A stretch of 64,000 bases of DNA, from positions 32,001-96,000 of the IMG/VR virus record IMGVR_UViG_3300032304_002285, one strand, 5' to 3'. Source of the DNA: a virus. Positions 36,154 through 43,185 of this stretch are shown one piece after another; the stretch's first letter is position 1; the number at the start of each line of letters is the position of its first letter. The translations under genes were made by a program, and so were the position numbers. The notes under the pieces were generated by a model, which worked only from the letters and a program-made list of their open reading frames with translations, was not told the DNA's origin and did no database searches.

Positions 36154-36207
36154 TTTGCTTTTCTTGGTTTTAGTTCTATTTTGGGCTAAAGCAAATAGGG
36201 GGCGATT

Positions 36208-36846
36208 ATGAGAAGTGGGATGAGTTGTTCTGATGCTGGTAGGCTTGGTAAAGAAAAATCGCTTGCCTTGCAGCAAGCAATGAAACAAGAAAGAATAAAT
36301 AAATACTTAGAAAATCCGAAATTGTGTGGTACGTGTGGAGCAATCATACCATATAATAAAAGAGTAAATAATTTTTGTTCTTCTTCTTGTTTCGCATGCC
36401 ATAACAACAAACAAAGAAGTCTATTAAATCCTTGTGTTAATTTTTGTATGAATTGTGGTAAGGATCTGAAATCAAAAACTCTTTTGTTTTGTAGTGGAAG
36501 TTGTCATAAAAAACATTCACATAATAAATATATAGAGCGGTGGCTTGCTGGAGAAGAGTCTGGCGGTATTGGCAAGGATAAAGATATTACTAGCCATACA
36601 GTTCGTGACTGGGTTTTTAAAAAAAGTGGTGGTAAGTGTTCAGTTTGTGGCGGAAGTGATTGGATGGGCAAGAAGATGCCTTTGATTCTGGATCATATTG
36701 ATGGTCATTCAAAAAACAATCGTCCTGAAAATCTAAGGGCTGTTTGTGGTAATTGTGATATGCAGTTGCCGACATACAAAAGCAAAAACAAAGGAAATGG
36801 AAGGCATTATAGAAGGGAAAGGTATAAGAATGGATTGAGTTATTAG
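36208..36846 (+). CDS. HNH endonuclease with N-terminal CxxC repeats
   Basis: CSVCG...LILDHIDGHSKNNRPENLRAVCGNC. Confidence 0.9.
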   Translation: MRSGMSCSDAGRLGKEKSLALQQAMKQERINKYLENPKLCGTCGAIIPYNKRVNNFCSSSCFACHNNKQRSLLNPCVNFCMNCGKDLKSKTLLFCSGSCHKKHSHNKYIERWLAGEESGGIGKDKDITSHTVRDWVFKKSGGKCSVCGGSDWMGKKMPLILDHIDGHSKNNRPENLRAVCGNCDMQLPTYKSKNKGNGRHYRRERYKNGLSY

Positions 36847-36863
36847 ATTTGTGATTCAATTTA

Positions 36864-36883
36864 GTTCTTTAGTAATTGAATAG
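36864..36883 (+). promoter_or_regulatory. rrn-like boxA motif
   Basis: GTTCTTTAGTAATTGAATAG. Confidence 0.45.
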
Positions 36884-36890
36884 TTTCTAT

Positions 36891-36967
36891 GGGGCATTAG
36901 CTCAGTTGGCTAGAGCGTTTGGTTTGCATCCAAAAGGCCATCGGTTCGAGCCCGATATGCTCCACCA
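36891..36967 (+). tRNA. tRNA-Ala (TGC)
   Basis: TTTGG-TTTGCAT-CCAAA; G3:U70; CCA. Confidence 0.95.
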
Positions 36968-37046
36968 GTTTTTGTATCTTAGTTTATTGCCAAAGATGTT
37001 TGCAAGTTAAGCTATATAGCTTATATTCCTAAAAAAGGAGTAAGCC

Positions 37047-37538
37047 ATGCCAACTTGCAAAAGCTGTGGAGATAGATTTCCTACTTGGATCAAGATAGAT
37101 GGAAAGCAGAGATGTTTAAACAATAGAAAGTTTTGTTTAAAATGTTCTCCATTTGGAAGGCACAATACTAGTCCAACTCTTCATGTAGGATGCGAAAAAC
37201 TTTGCAATAAATGTGGTGAAAAAGATCCCAGTAAGTTTTATGGCAATAAGAGGCATATTTGTGGGAAATGCCATGCCAAGTATACTACTGAAAGAGGAAA
37301 ACGTAAAAAACAATTTGTTTGTGAAAAGCTGGGTGGTAAGTGTGTCTCATGTGGATATGATAAATATGTAGGTTCTCTTGATATTCATCATAAAGATCCA
37401 GCAAAGAAGGATTCTAATTTTAGGTCTAAAAGAGGATGGTCTGAAGAAAGAATATTAAAGGAAATAGAAAATTGTATCTTGCTTTGTCGGAATTGTCATG
37501 CAGCTTTTCATGCTGGAGAGTTAGCAATCGGTGTGTAG
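37047..37538 (+). CDS. HNH endonuclease
   Basis: CVSCGY...LDIHHKDP...CILLCRNCH; stop lies inside tRNA-Pro. Confidence 0.9.
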   Translation: MPTCKSCGDRFPTWIKIDGKQRCLNNRKFCLKCSPFGRHNTSPTLHVGCEKLCNKCGEKDPSKFYGNKRHICGKCHAKYTTERGKRKKQFVCEKLGGKCVSCGYDKYVGSLDIHHKDPAKKDSNFRSKRGWSEERILKEIENCILLCRNCHAAFHAGELAIGV

Positions 37539-37607
37539 CGCAGTTTGGTTTAGCGCGTCTGCCTTGGGCGCAGAAGGTCGGGGGTTCAAATCCCTCCACA
37601 CCGACCA
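37529..37607 (+). tRNA. tRNA-Pro (TGG)
   Basis: TCTGC-CTTGGGC-GCAGA; CCA. Confidence 0.95.
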
Positions 37608-37614
37608 TTTTCAT

Positions 37615-37916
37615 GAGGTTTCCAACTTGTGGCTGATTTCATCTTTTGTTCGGGATGAAGGCACTTACAAGAGGAGAACTGTAAGGTCCCAAGTAGGGCA
37701 GGAAGGGTAAGGCTGGGTCAATGCGGGTAAGAGTTTTCCTAACCGCAGTAGCCCGATATCTGGTAAATTAAAACACTGAACAACCAGATATAAGAGTAAA
37801 ATCTCTTCAATGCGGTGATGAACTTGTTGATCAGAGTTCTGAGCATTGTGGCTGAACAACTCGACTTGTTTGAGATGGGTAGGAAAGGTGGTTCCTTTCT
37901 TCTAGTTGGAAACCTC
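37615..37916 (+). ncRNA. unassigned ~300-nt structured RNA candidate
   Basis: 13-bp closing stem GAGGTTTCCAACT/AGTTGGAAACCTC enclosing several hairpins. Confidence 0.55.
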
Positions 37917-37924
37917 TCTATTCT

Positions 37925-37996
37925 GCTCCCGTAGTCTAATGGATAGGCACTTGCCTCCTAAGCAAGTCTATGAGAGTTCGATTCTCTCCGGGAGTA
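37925..37996 (+). tRNA. tRNA-Arg (CCT)
   Basis: CTTGC-CTCCTAA-GCAAG. Confidence 0.92.
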
Positions 37997-38049
37997 CTTT
38001 TTGTCTTTTATATTTATGGTCTAATAGGGATAATATTTTAGGAGAGACC

Positions 38050-38526
38050 ATGAAAAAGAATTTGAAGATTGCTGGTGAGATATTAAAGCTTGCTAAGGGT
38101 TTGGTGGGAATGACCAAACAAGAGGCAGATAAAGTCGCTTTTGTCATGAGGGAGTTTCCTAATCATAATAAAGTGAATGATAAGGTTAGGAAGGAAGTAA
38201 AGAAGTATAAGTTTTTAACCTTGGATAACATTAAGAAGTTTGGTCAATCTGCTTCTTTTATGAGAGGCATTGATGATTGGATAGATTATGTGATTTCGCA
38301 AGGTATGGAAAACGTTTATTCAACTAGCGGTTTTGATTATGAAGATGACAAGGATGTTCTCAATGCAATGAAGCATTATGAAGACATGGATTCTGAATTG
38401 TACAAAAAATCCAGAGATGTTTTAGAGGAAAGAGCGACAGATTTGGCTATAAATTCTGTAATGGAAGCACTCTATCAAGAGATTTCTTCTATTGAAAAGG
38501 CCATAGATAGGTCCAAAAAGTTATAA
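38050..38526 (+). CDS. helical-motif-tagged protein inside the tRNA array
   Basis: ATG 38050 after GGAG; IAGEILKLAKGLVG. Confidence 0.75.
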   Translation: MKKNLKIAGEILKLAKGLVGMTKQEADKVAFVMREFPNHNKVNDKVRKEVKKYKFLTLDNIKKFGQSASFMRGIDDWIDYVISQGMENVYSTSGFDYEDDKDVLNAMKHYEDMDSELYKKSRDVLEERATDLAINSVMEALYQEISSIEKAIDRSKKL

Positions 38527-38532
38527 TTAGTT

Positions 38533-38606
38533 GCGGGTTTAGCATAGTGGTAATGTGCCACCTTGCCAAGATGGTTACGCGGGTTCGACTCCCGCCATCT
38601 GCTCCA
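38533..38606 (+). tRNA. tRNA-Gly (GCC), slightly degenerate
   Basis: TT-GCC-AA loop; one mismatch each in acceptor and anticodon stems; CCA. Confidence 0.85.
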
Positions 38607-38616
38607 AGGTTTTTAT

Positions 38617-38694
38617 TCTCCGGTAGCTCAATTGGCCAGAAGCACTTCACTCTTAATGAAGGGGTTGGGGGTTCAAGTCCCTCCCGGAGAACCA
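38617..38694 (+). tRNA. tRNA-Lys (CTT)
   Basis: CTTCA-CTCTTAA-TGAAG; CCA. Confidence 0.93.
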
Positions 38695-38708
38695 ATTTTT
38701 GTTTGTAT

Positions 38709-38785
38709 GCTCTGGTAGCTCAATTGGTTAGAGCACCAGCCTTTTAAGTTGGTTATTGGGAGTTCGAGTCTCCCCCAGAGCACCA
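38709..38785 (+). tRNA. tRNA-Lys (TTT)
   Basis: CCAGC-CTTTTAA-GTTGG; CCA. Confidence 0.95.
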
Positions 38786-38792
38786 ATTTTAT

Positions 38793-38866
38793 TCCCTCGT
38801 GGTGTAATGGTAGCACGAAACACTGTTAATGTTTCTGTCTTGGTTCAAATCCAGGCGAGGGAGCCA
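38793..38866 (+). tRNA. tRNA-Asn (GTT)
   Basis: AAACA-CTGTTAA-TGTTT; CCA. Confidence 0.95.
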
Positions 38867-39034
38867 AATACCTACATGCTCAATTGCCAGTCTGACGCAT
38901 GAGGTTTTAATGACTGGCTAAAGTCTGGGTGTATTAGGAAACTTACGGTGATGGAACCCAGAACAGAGGGTAAAGCCTCTGCCAAAACTTCAAATAAAAG
39001 GTTTTGGTAAACCGTTTTAGAGATTTCTATGGAT

Positions 39035-39110
39035 GGTGGTTTTGTTGTAAAGGAAGCATGGATGGTTGTGAACCATCAGGTGTAGGGTTCAAGTCCCACA
39101 TTCCACCCCA
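39035..39110 (+). tRNA. tRNA-His (GTG), degenerate acceptor/T stems
   Basis: GATGG-TTGTGAA-CCATC; G-1:C73; two acceptor mismatches and a T-stem bulge. Confidence 0.75.
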
Positions 39111-39130
39111 AGTTTTTAGCGTAGGTGTTT

Positions 39131-39207
39131 GGGGGTATAGCTCAATTGGCCAGAGCATCGGTTTGTCACGCCGAAGGTTGCGGGTTCGATTCCCGCTACT
39201 CCCGCCA
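39131..39207 (+). tRNA. tRNA-Asp (GTC)
   Basis: TCGGT-TTGTCAC-GCCGA; CCA. Confidence 0.95.
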
Positions 39208-39216
39208 GTTTTATAA

Positions 39217-39293
39217 GGGATTGTAGCTCAATTGGATAGAGCATCTGATTACGAATCAGAAGGTTGGGAGTTCAACTCTCCCCATTCCCACCA
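39217..39293 (+). tRNA. tRNA-Arg (ACG)
   Basis: TCTGA-TTACGAA-TCAGA; CCA. Confidence 0.93.
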
Positions 39294-39298
39294 GATTT

Positions 39299-39370
39299 GT
39301 CCCGTTCGATCAATGGTAAGGTCATTAGGTTCTCAGCCTAGGGATAGCGGTTCGACTCCGCTACGGGATA
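39299..39370 (+). tRNA. tRNA-Glu (CTC)
   Basis: TTAGG-TTCTCAG-CCTAG; no encoded CCA. Confidence 0.88.
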
Positions 39371-39386
39371 CTTTAAGAAGGGATTT

Positions 39387-39460
39387 GACCCGTTGGAGGA
39401 AATGGATAACTCACTTGGTTTTCATCCAAGAGATTAGCGGTTCAACCCCGCTACGGGTCA
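39387..39460 (+). tRNA. tRNA-Glu (TTC)
   Basis: CTTGG-TTTTCAT-CCAAG; no encoded CCA. Confidence 0.88.
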
Positions 39461-39737
39461 CTTTAACGCCACTAAGGGACTAGGTTGCAAGTAGTCCAGA
39501 GTGGAAATCATCCAGGATCTTGGATAATCTCTTTACATAGGGATTATAGAAGAGAATGGGTGTAGTCGGAACTTGTGGGCAGGAAAGTTGGGCATACTCT
39601 TCGCCATCCGACTCTAAATAATTCACGTAATGTCACGAAAGCAGGGTACGGCTGTATAGCCCGATGGAGATTGTCCTGCTTGCTGGAGGGTGATGGTCCT
39701 AGCCCCTCCAATTTTTTTCAAAACTTTTTTAGGATCT

Positions 39738-39766
39738 TTGGATTTAGAAGTAGTTCTGGGTGATAT
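39738..39766 (+). promoter_or_regulatory. promoter motif variant
   Basis: TTGGAT-N17-TGATAT. Confidence 0.5.
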
Positions 39767-39805
39767 AATGATGTAAAGAGAACGTAGTGAGAAGGGGATT
39801 CGAGA

Positions 39806-40084
39806 ATGAGTGAAAGTGTTGAAGATCTGAAGCGTCAGGTTGCCCAGTGGAAATCGGTTGCGGCTTATCTGGCTGAGTGTCATGCTGCTTCTGCTGAGAC
39901 TGTTGCTGAGCAGAAGAAGTCTTCCAAGTATGAGAAGAAGCGCCATGCTGAGATTTGCAAGAAGGCGGCTATGATGTTGAAGCATGGGGATCTTGTTGGG
40001 GTAGTTGATCGGAGGTATGCCAAAGAAGGTTTCATTGAAGTGATTGAGCGTTGTGAGTTGGCGAAGGTTGAGTGTGAGAAGTAA
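39806..40084 (+). CDS. hypothetical protein inside the tRNA array
   Basis: ATG ORF after the promoter motif. Confidence 0.7.
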   Translation: MSESVEDLKRQVAQWKSVAAYLAECHAASAETVAEQKKSSKYEKKRHAEICKKAAMMLKHGDLVGVVDRRYAKEGFIEVIERCELAKVECEK

Positions 40085-40095
40085 GTTTTGATAGT

Positions 40096-40169
40096 GCAGG
40101 TATCGTATAGTGGCAATACCCTAGTTTTCCAAACTAGCGCGGTGGGTTCGATTCCCACTACCTGCTCCA
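40096..40169 (+). tRNA. tRNA-Gly (TCC)
   Basis: CTAGT-TTTCCAA-ACTAG; CCA. Confidence 0.95.
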
Positions 40170-40181
40170 AAGGTTTAAGAT

Positions 40182-40328
40182 TGGTCGGCAAGGTTTGGAT
40201 GTTCTGTGAAAGCTGACACTTGACTGTTATCAGATAGGATCGCAACCTGTTTGAGTCAAGATGCCTGGGGAACAGGCTTCAGGCGGAACGCAAGAATATC
40301 ACGGGTTCAAATCCCGTCCGATCAACCA
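40182..40328 (+). ncRNA. 147-nt tRNA-like RNA with tmRNA-TLD-like architecture
   Basis: acceptor TGGTCGG/CCGATCA + A + CCA, canonical T arm, stemless D loop, long branched arm instead of an anticodon. Confidence 0.7.
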
Positions 40329-40440
40329 ATTTTGAGGTCTTAATCGTACGGTGTTGAGCAGAACACAGAGGCGATGAATCCCATAGAACTGCTAATTCTA
40401 TGATGGGAAAGACTTCATCTAAGTTTTGAGTAAGAGGTTA

Positions 40441-40460
40441 GTTCTTTAAAAATTGAATAG
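40441..40460 (+). promoter_or_regulatory. rrn-like boxA motif
   Basis: GTTCTTTAAAAATTGAATAG. Confidence 0.5.
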
Positions 40461-40466
40461 TTCTGT

Positions 40467-40543
40467 GGGCAGTTAGCTCAGTTGGTTAGAGCATTTGGTC
40501 TACACCCAAAATGTCGGGGGTTCGAATCCCTCACTGCCTACCA
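40467..40543 (+). tRNA. tRNA-Val (TAC)
   Basis: TTTGG-TCTACAC-CCAAA (C33); CCA. Confidence 0.9.
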
Positions 40544-40554
40544 TTTTAAGTATT

Positions 40555-40639
40555 GGCCGGGTGGCGAAAAGGCAGACGCAACAGACTTAAAATCTGTCGG
40601 ATTTTATCCGTACGGGTTCAAATCCCGTCCCGGCTACCA
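40555..40639 (+). tRNA. tRNA-Leu (TAA)
   Basis: ACAGA-CTTAAAA-TCTGT, long variable arm; CCA. Confidence 0.95.
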
Positions 40640-40867
40640 ATTTCAAATAAGTGGTCCCTGCTTGATCGTCCCAGTGATAAAAGCAAAGATCATTAAAAAT
40701 TGCTGCCACTTATTTGAGAACTTTTCGGCTTTCTTGTAAAGCCGATGGTGGAGGCGGTTAGGGAAACCTAATTGCCCTAGCGACACATGCTGGACTAGTG
40801 AGGCTGTAGTCTCATGAAACAAGTTGTGTGGCTTTCCGGTAAGAAGTAACCGGGCTTTCGTTCAATT

Positions 40868-41271
40868 GGGCCTGACATGGTTTCGATCAAGTGAATGAGG
40901 GTTAGGATTGCATGCAGAGGATGATCGTTGGCCTCTTAAAACTTCGATCAAGTAAGTAACTGCGGAAACTCTTGAGTTCCCCGCTATGCCCATTGCTGCC
41001 TGATCTAGGGTAGTAAAGGGTATGGTCTAAGCCATCAGCAAAGTCTATAAGGCTGATGGGGTTGTCTTAATGATTCGCTCTTGAGACACACAGAATGATA
41101 GGCTGGCTTCAAGGTGATGCCGGATAGCTAAGAAGCGAGAGTTCTGACGGCTGGATGCGCTTAACCTGCTGTGAGGGGAAAAGGCATTGAGAAAAACAAA
41201 TCACAGACAAGCATGTAGAGTCTTGCCGGAAAGCATTTGAGACCGGGGTTCGACTCCCCGCAGGTCCACCA
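40868..41271 (+). ncRNA. ssrA: tmRNA
   Basis: GGGCCTG/CAGGTCC-A-CCA with G3:U70, TTCGA T loop, GCATG pairing, tag frame GCG...GCT GCC TGA (40962-41003). Confidence 0.93.
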
Positions 41272-41278
41272 CAAACAT

Positions 41279-41319
41279 AGGGATATCAAGGAGTTACGGC
41301 TTCTTGGTATCCCTTTTTT
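41279..41319 (+). terminator. intrinsic terminator after the tmRNA
   Basis: AGGGATATCAAG/CTTGGTATCCCT stem plus T run. Confidence 0.75.
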
Positions 41320-41344
41320 ATTTCCCAGGAATTCTTTAAATGTT

Positions 41345-41372
41345 TTGGATTTTCGAGATTGTTGGGTAATAC
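41345..41372 (+). promoter_or_regulatory. repeated phage promoter motif
   Basis: TTGGAT-N16-TAATAC. Confidence 0.65.
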
Positions 41373-41421
41373 ATGGATGAAAAAATAATTTACTGTAAGA
41401 ATTTGTGGAGGGTTATTAGGG

Positions 41422-41778
41422 ATGATTACTGCCAAAATTAAATCTGAAGATCAAGAAGTTTATATTGGTTGTTACTATGAAATGCCTGATGGAAAGATTG
41501 CTTGTCTTACTTGTTGGAACGGGATAAAGAAGACTTTTAGTTTTTATTGTGATGATGGGCTTGGCCTTCAGGAATCGCCATGTGAAGAATTGAAGAAGTG
41601 GGTTTTGTGTCGAGACTTGAATGATTTTCCTAATAGCAGTGATCCAAGGTTGCCTTATGTCTTTGATCTTTTTTGGGATCTAAAGAGGGTTTCTGAGCTT
41701 CGGTATGGGTTGGAACATGGTCATGAGGATTCTGATTTAATAAGGGATGAAATGGTTCGGTGGGGGATTTCTCTTTAG
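41422..41778 (+). CDS. hypothetical protein
   Basis: GGAGG RBS. Confidence 0.7.
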   Translation: MITAKIKSEDQEVYIGCYYEMPDGKIACLTCWNGIKKTFSFYCDDGLGLQESPCEELKKWVLCRDLNDFPNSSDPRLPYVFDLFWDLKRVSELRYGLEHGHEDSDLIRDEMVRWGISL

Positions 41779-41804
41779 TTTTTTCAAAGAATTAGAAAAA
41801 CGCT

Positions 41805-41832
41805 TTGGATTTTGATTGCTTGATGGTAATAC
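41805..41832 (+). promoter_or_regulatory. repeated phage promoter motif
   Basis: TTGGAT-N16-TAATAC. Confidence 0.65.
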
Positions 41833-41880
41833 ATTGTTGTCGATAAGAGATTGAGTTAATCACGATAGGAGATTGGCAAA

Positions 41881-42498
41881 ATGTTGAACATTTGCTTGTT
41901 GAAAATCTTGGATAAAAACAATCCGACTCCCGCTATTGATGCATTGATGAAGGTTGGATTGAGCAATGTTGAGGCTCAAGATGCTGTTGTTGAGCTTTCG
42001 GGGTCATTTCTTTCTTTGGTTGCTGTTAGGACTGAAGATATCTGGCCTGTTGATTTGAGTGAGTTTTTCGTTTTTGAGTTTATTCAAAGGGTTGAAATTA
42101 CTCTTGAGACAGCTTTGTTTCCCAAGGAAAAGATTCATGGGATTCAGGCTATCCGTGCTGCCACGGGAATGGGCTTGGTGGATTCCAAGGATACGATTGA
42201 GAATCTTTTTATGGGAGTGCATACCAAGATTCAGTCTAAGCCTGAAGAGGTTGAGAATTTGAGGAAATGGTTTACTCTTACTGCTGAGGAGTTGGGTCCG
42301 GTTCCTCAGCCTTATGTTCCTGGTCGGGTTGTTCAAAAAAACACGATTAGCCATTGTGTTGGTAGTAGTCATAAAGAAGAGGCAATGGAGCACATGTCTG
42401 CCTTTGCCAAGGAGCTTTTGGATGAAAAGAAATGGGAAGCTGCTCAGAACATTTGCAACTTGTTGAGCATTTTGAAGACTGTTGAAGAATATCAATAA
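41881..42498 (+). CDS. ribosomal protein L7/L12-CTD-like domain protein, paralog 1
   Basis: KIHGIQAIRAATGMGLVDSKDTIE. Confidence 0.7.
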   Translation: MLNICLLKILDKNNPTPAIDALMKVGLSNVEAQDAVVELSGSFLSLVAVRTEDIWPVDLSEFFVFEFIQRVEITLETALFPKEKIHGIQAIRAATGMGLVDSKDTIENLFMGVHTKIQSKPEEVENLRKWFTLTAEELGPVPQPYVPGRVVQKNTISHCVGSSHKEEAMEHMSAFAKELLDEKKWEAAQNICNLLSILKTVEEYQ

Positions 42499-42512
42499 GG
42501 AGCATTGAGGAA

Positions 42513-43100
42513 ATGAAGAGGATTCGGCTAGGTTTTATTAAGCATACTTATAGTTCTCAGGCTGCTATTGGCGCTCTTGAGGTGAACGGTGTGGTTCGAG
42601 AGCAAGCCAAAGAGGCTGTTGCTTGTATGATTAAAGGGATTAGGTCTTTTATTGTTACGACTAATGACAAGTGGGTAGCTGATTTGAATGAGTTTTTTGA
42701 TTTTGAGTTTGTTGATAAATATTATGTTTCTCTTATCAAGGTTTTCTATCCCAGCCAGAAATTTGAAACCATCAGGAGTCTTCGGGCTGCTACTGGTTTG
42801 GAGTTGAAAGAAGCCAAGGAAGTTTATGAGGCGGTTCTGGGTGGGGGAACGAAAAGGATTGAAGTTAACCCTGATGTTGTGGATGATTTGAAGAAGTGGT
42901 TTGATATTATTTATGAGCAATATGTTATTAAATCGGAAGAATTGCCTGCTGTTGTGAGTCCGGTTGGTAGTAATAAGGATTTGGCGATAGAGCATCTTTC
43001 TTCTTATGTCAAAGAGCTTCTTGATGACAGGAAGATGATGGCTGCAAAGAGTGTGTGTAATCTTTTGGGTATTTTGAAGAATGTTGAGGATTACCAATAA
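42513..43100 (+). CDS. L7/L12-CTD-like domain protein, paralog 2
   Basis: KFETIRSLRAATGLELKEAKEVYE. Confidence 0.7.
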   Translation: MKRIRLGFIKHTYSSQAAIGALEVNGVVREQAKEAVACMIKGIRSFIVTTNDKWVADLNEFFDFEFVDKYYVSLIKVFYPSQKFETIRSLRAATGLELKEAKEVYEAVLGGGTKRIEVNPDVVDDLKKWFDIIYEQYVIKSEELPAVVSPVGSNKDLAIEHLSSYVKELLDDRKMMAAKSVCNLLGILKNVEDYQ

Positions 43101-43116
43101 AAAGCTTGTGAATGGT

Positions 43117-43144
43117 TTGGATTTCTGTCTTTTTTGGGTAATAC
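43117..43144 (+). promoter_or_regulatory. repeated phage promoter motif
   Basis: TTGGAT-N16-TAATAC. Confidence 0.65.
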
Positions 43145-43185
43145 ATAGATGTCAATAAGGATTGAGAACAAAGGAGATCGGCAAA

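Noticed and set aside
37615-37916. RNase P RNA call for the 300-nt element
   Set aside because: Only short word matches; the conserved P4 sequences (GAGGAAAGUCC and AGAACCCGGCUUA types) are not present. Kept as unassigned.
37906-38049. N-terminal extension of the 206-aa ORF in the track
   Set aside because: It runs through tRNA-Arg(CCT); the RBS and tag motif place the real start at 38050.
38964-38992. preQ1-I riboswitch (AGAGG..CCTCT..AAAACT)
   Set aside because: The loop is only 6 nt without the conserved ligand-binding bases, and no downstream CDS is regulated.
40334-40416. Hammerhead ribozyme
   Set aside because: The core is GCGATGA rather than CTGANGA, and stem I cannot be formed.
35795-40639. 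Suppressor tRNA or stop-codon reassignment
   Set aside because: No CTA, TTA or TCA anticodon; genes are dense and end in TAA, TAG and TGA under the standard code.
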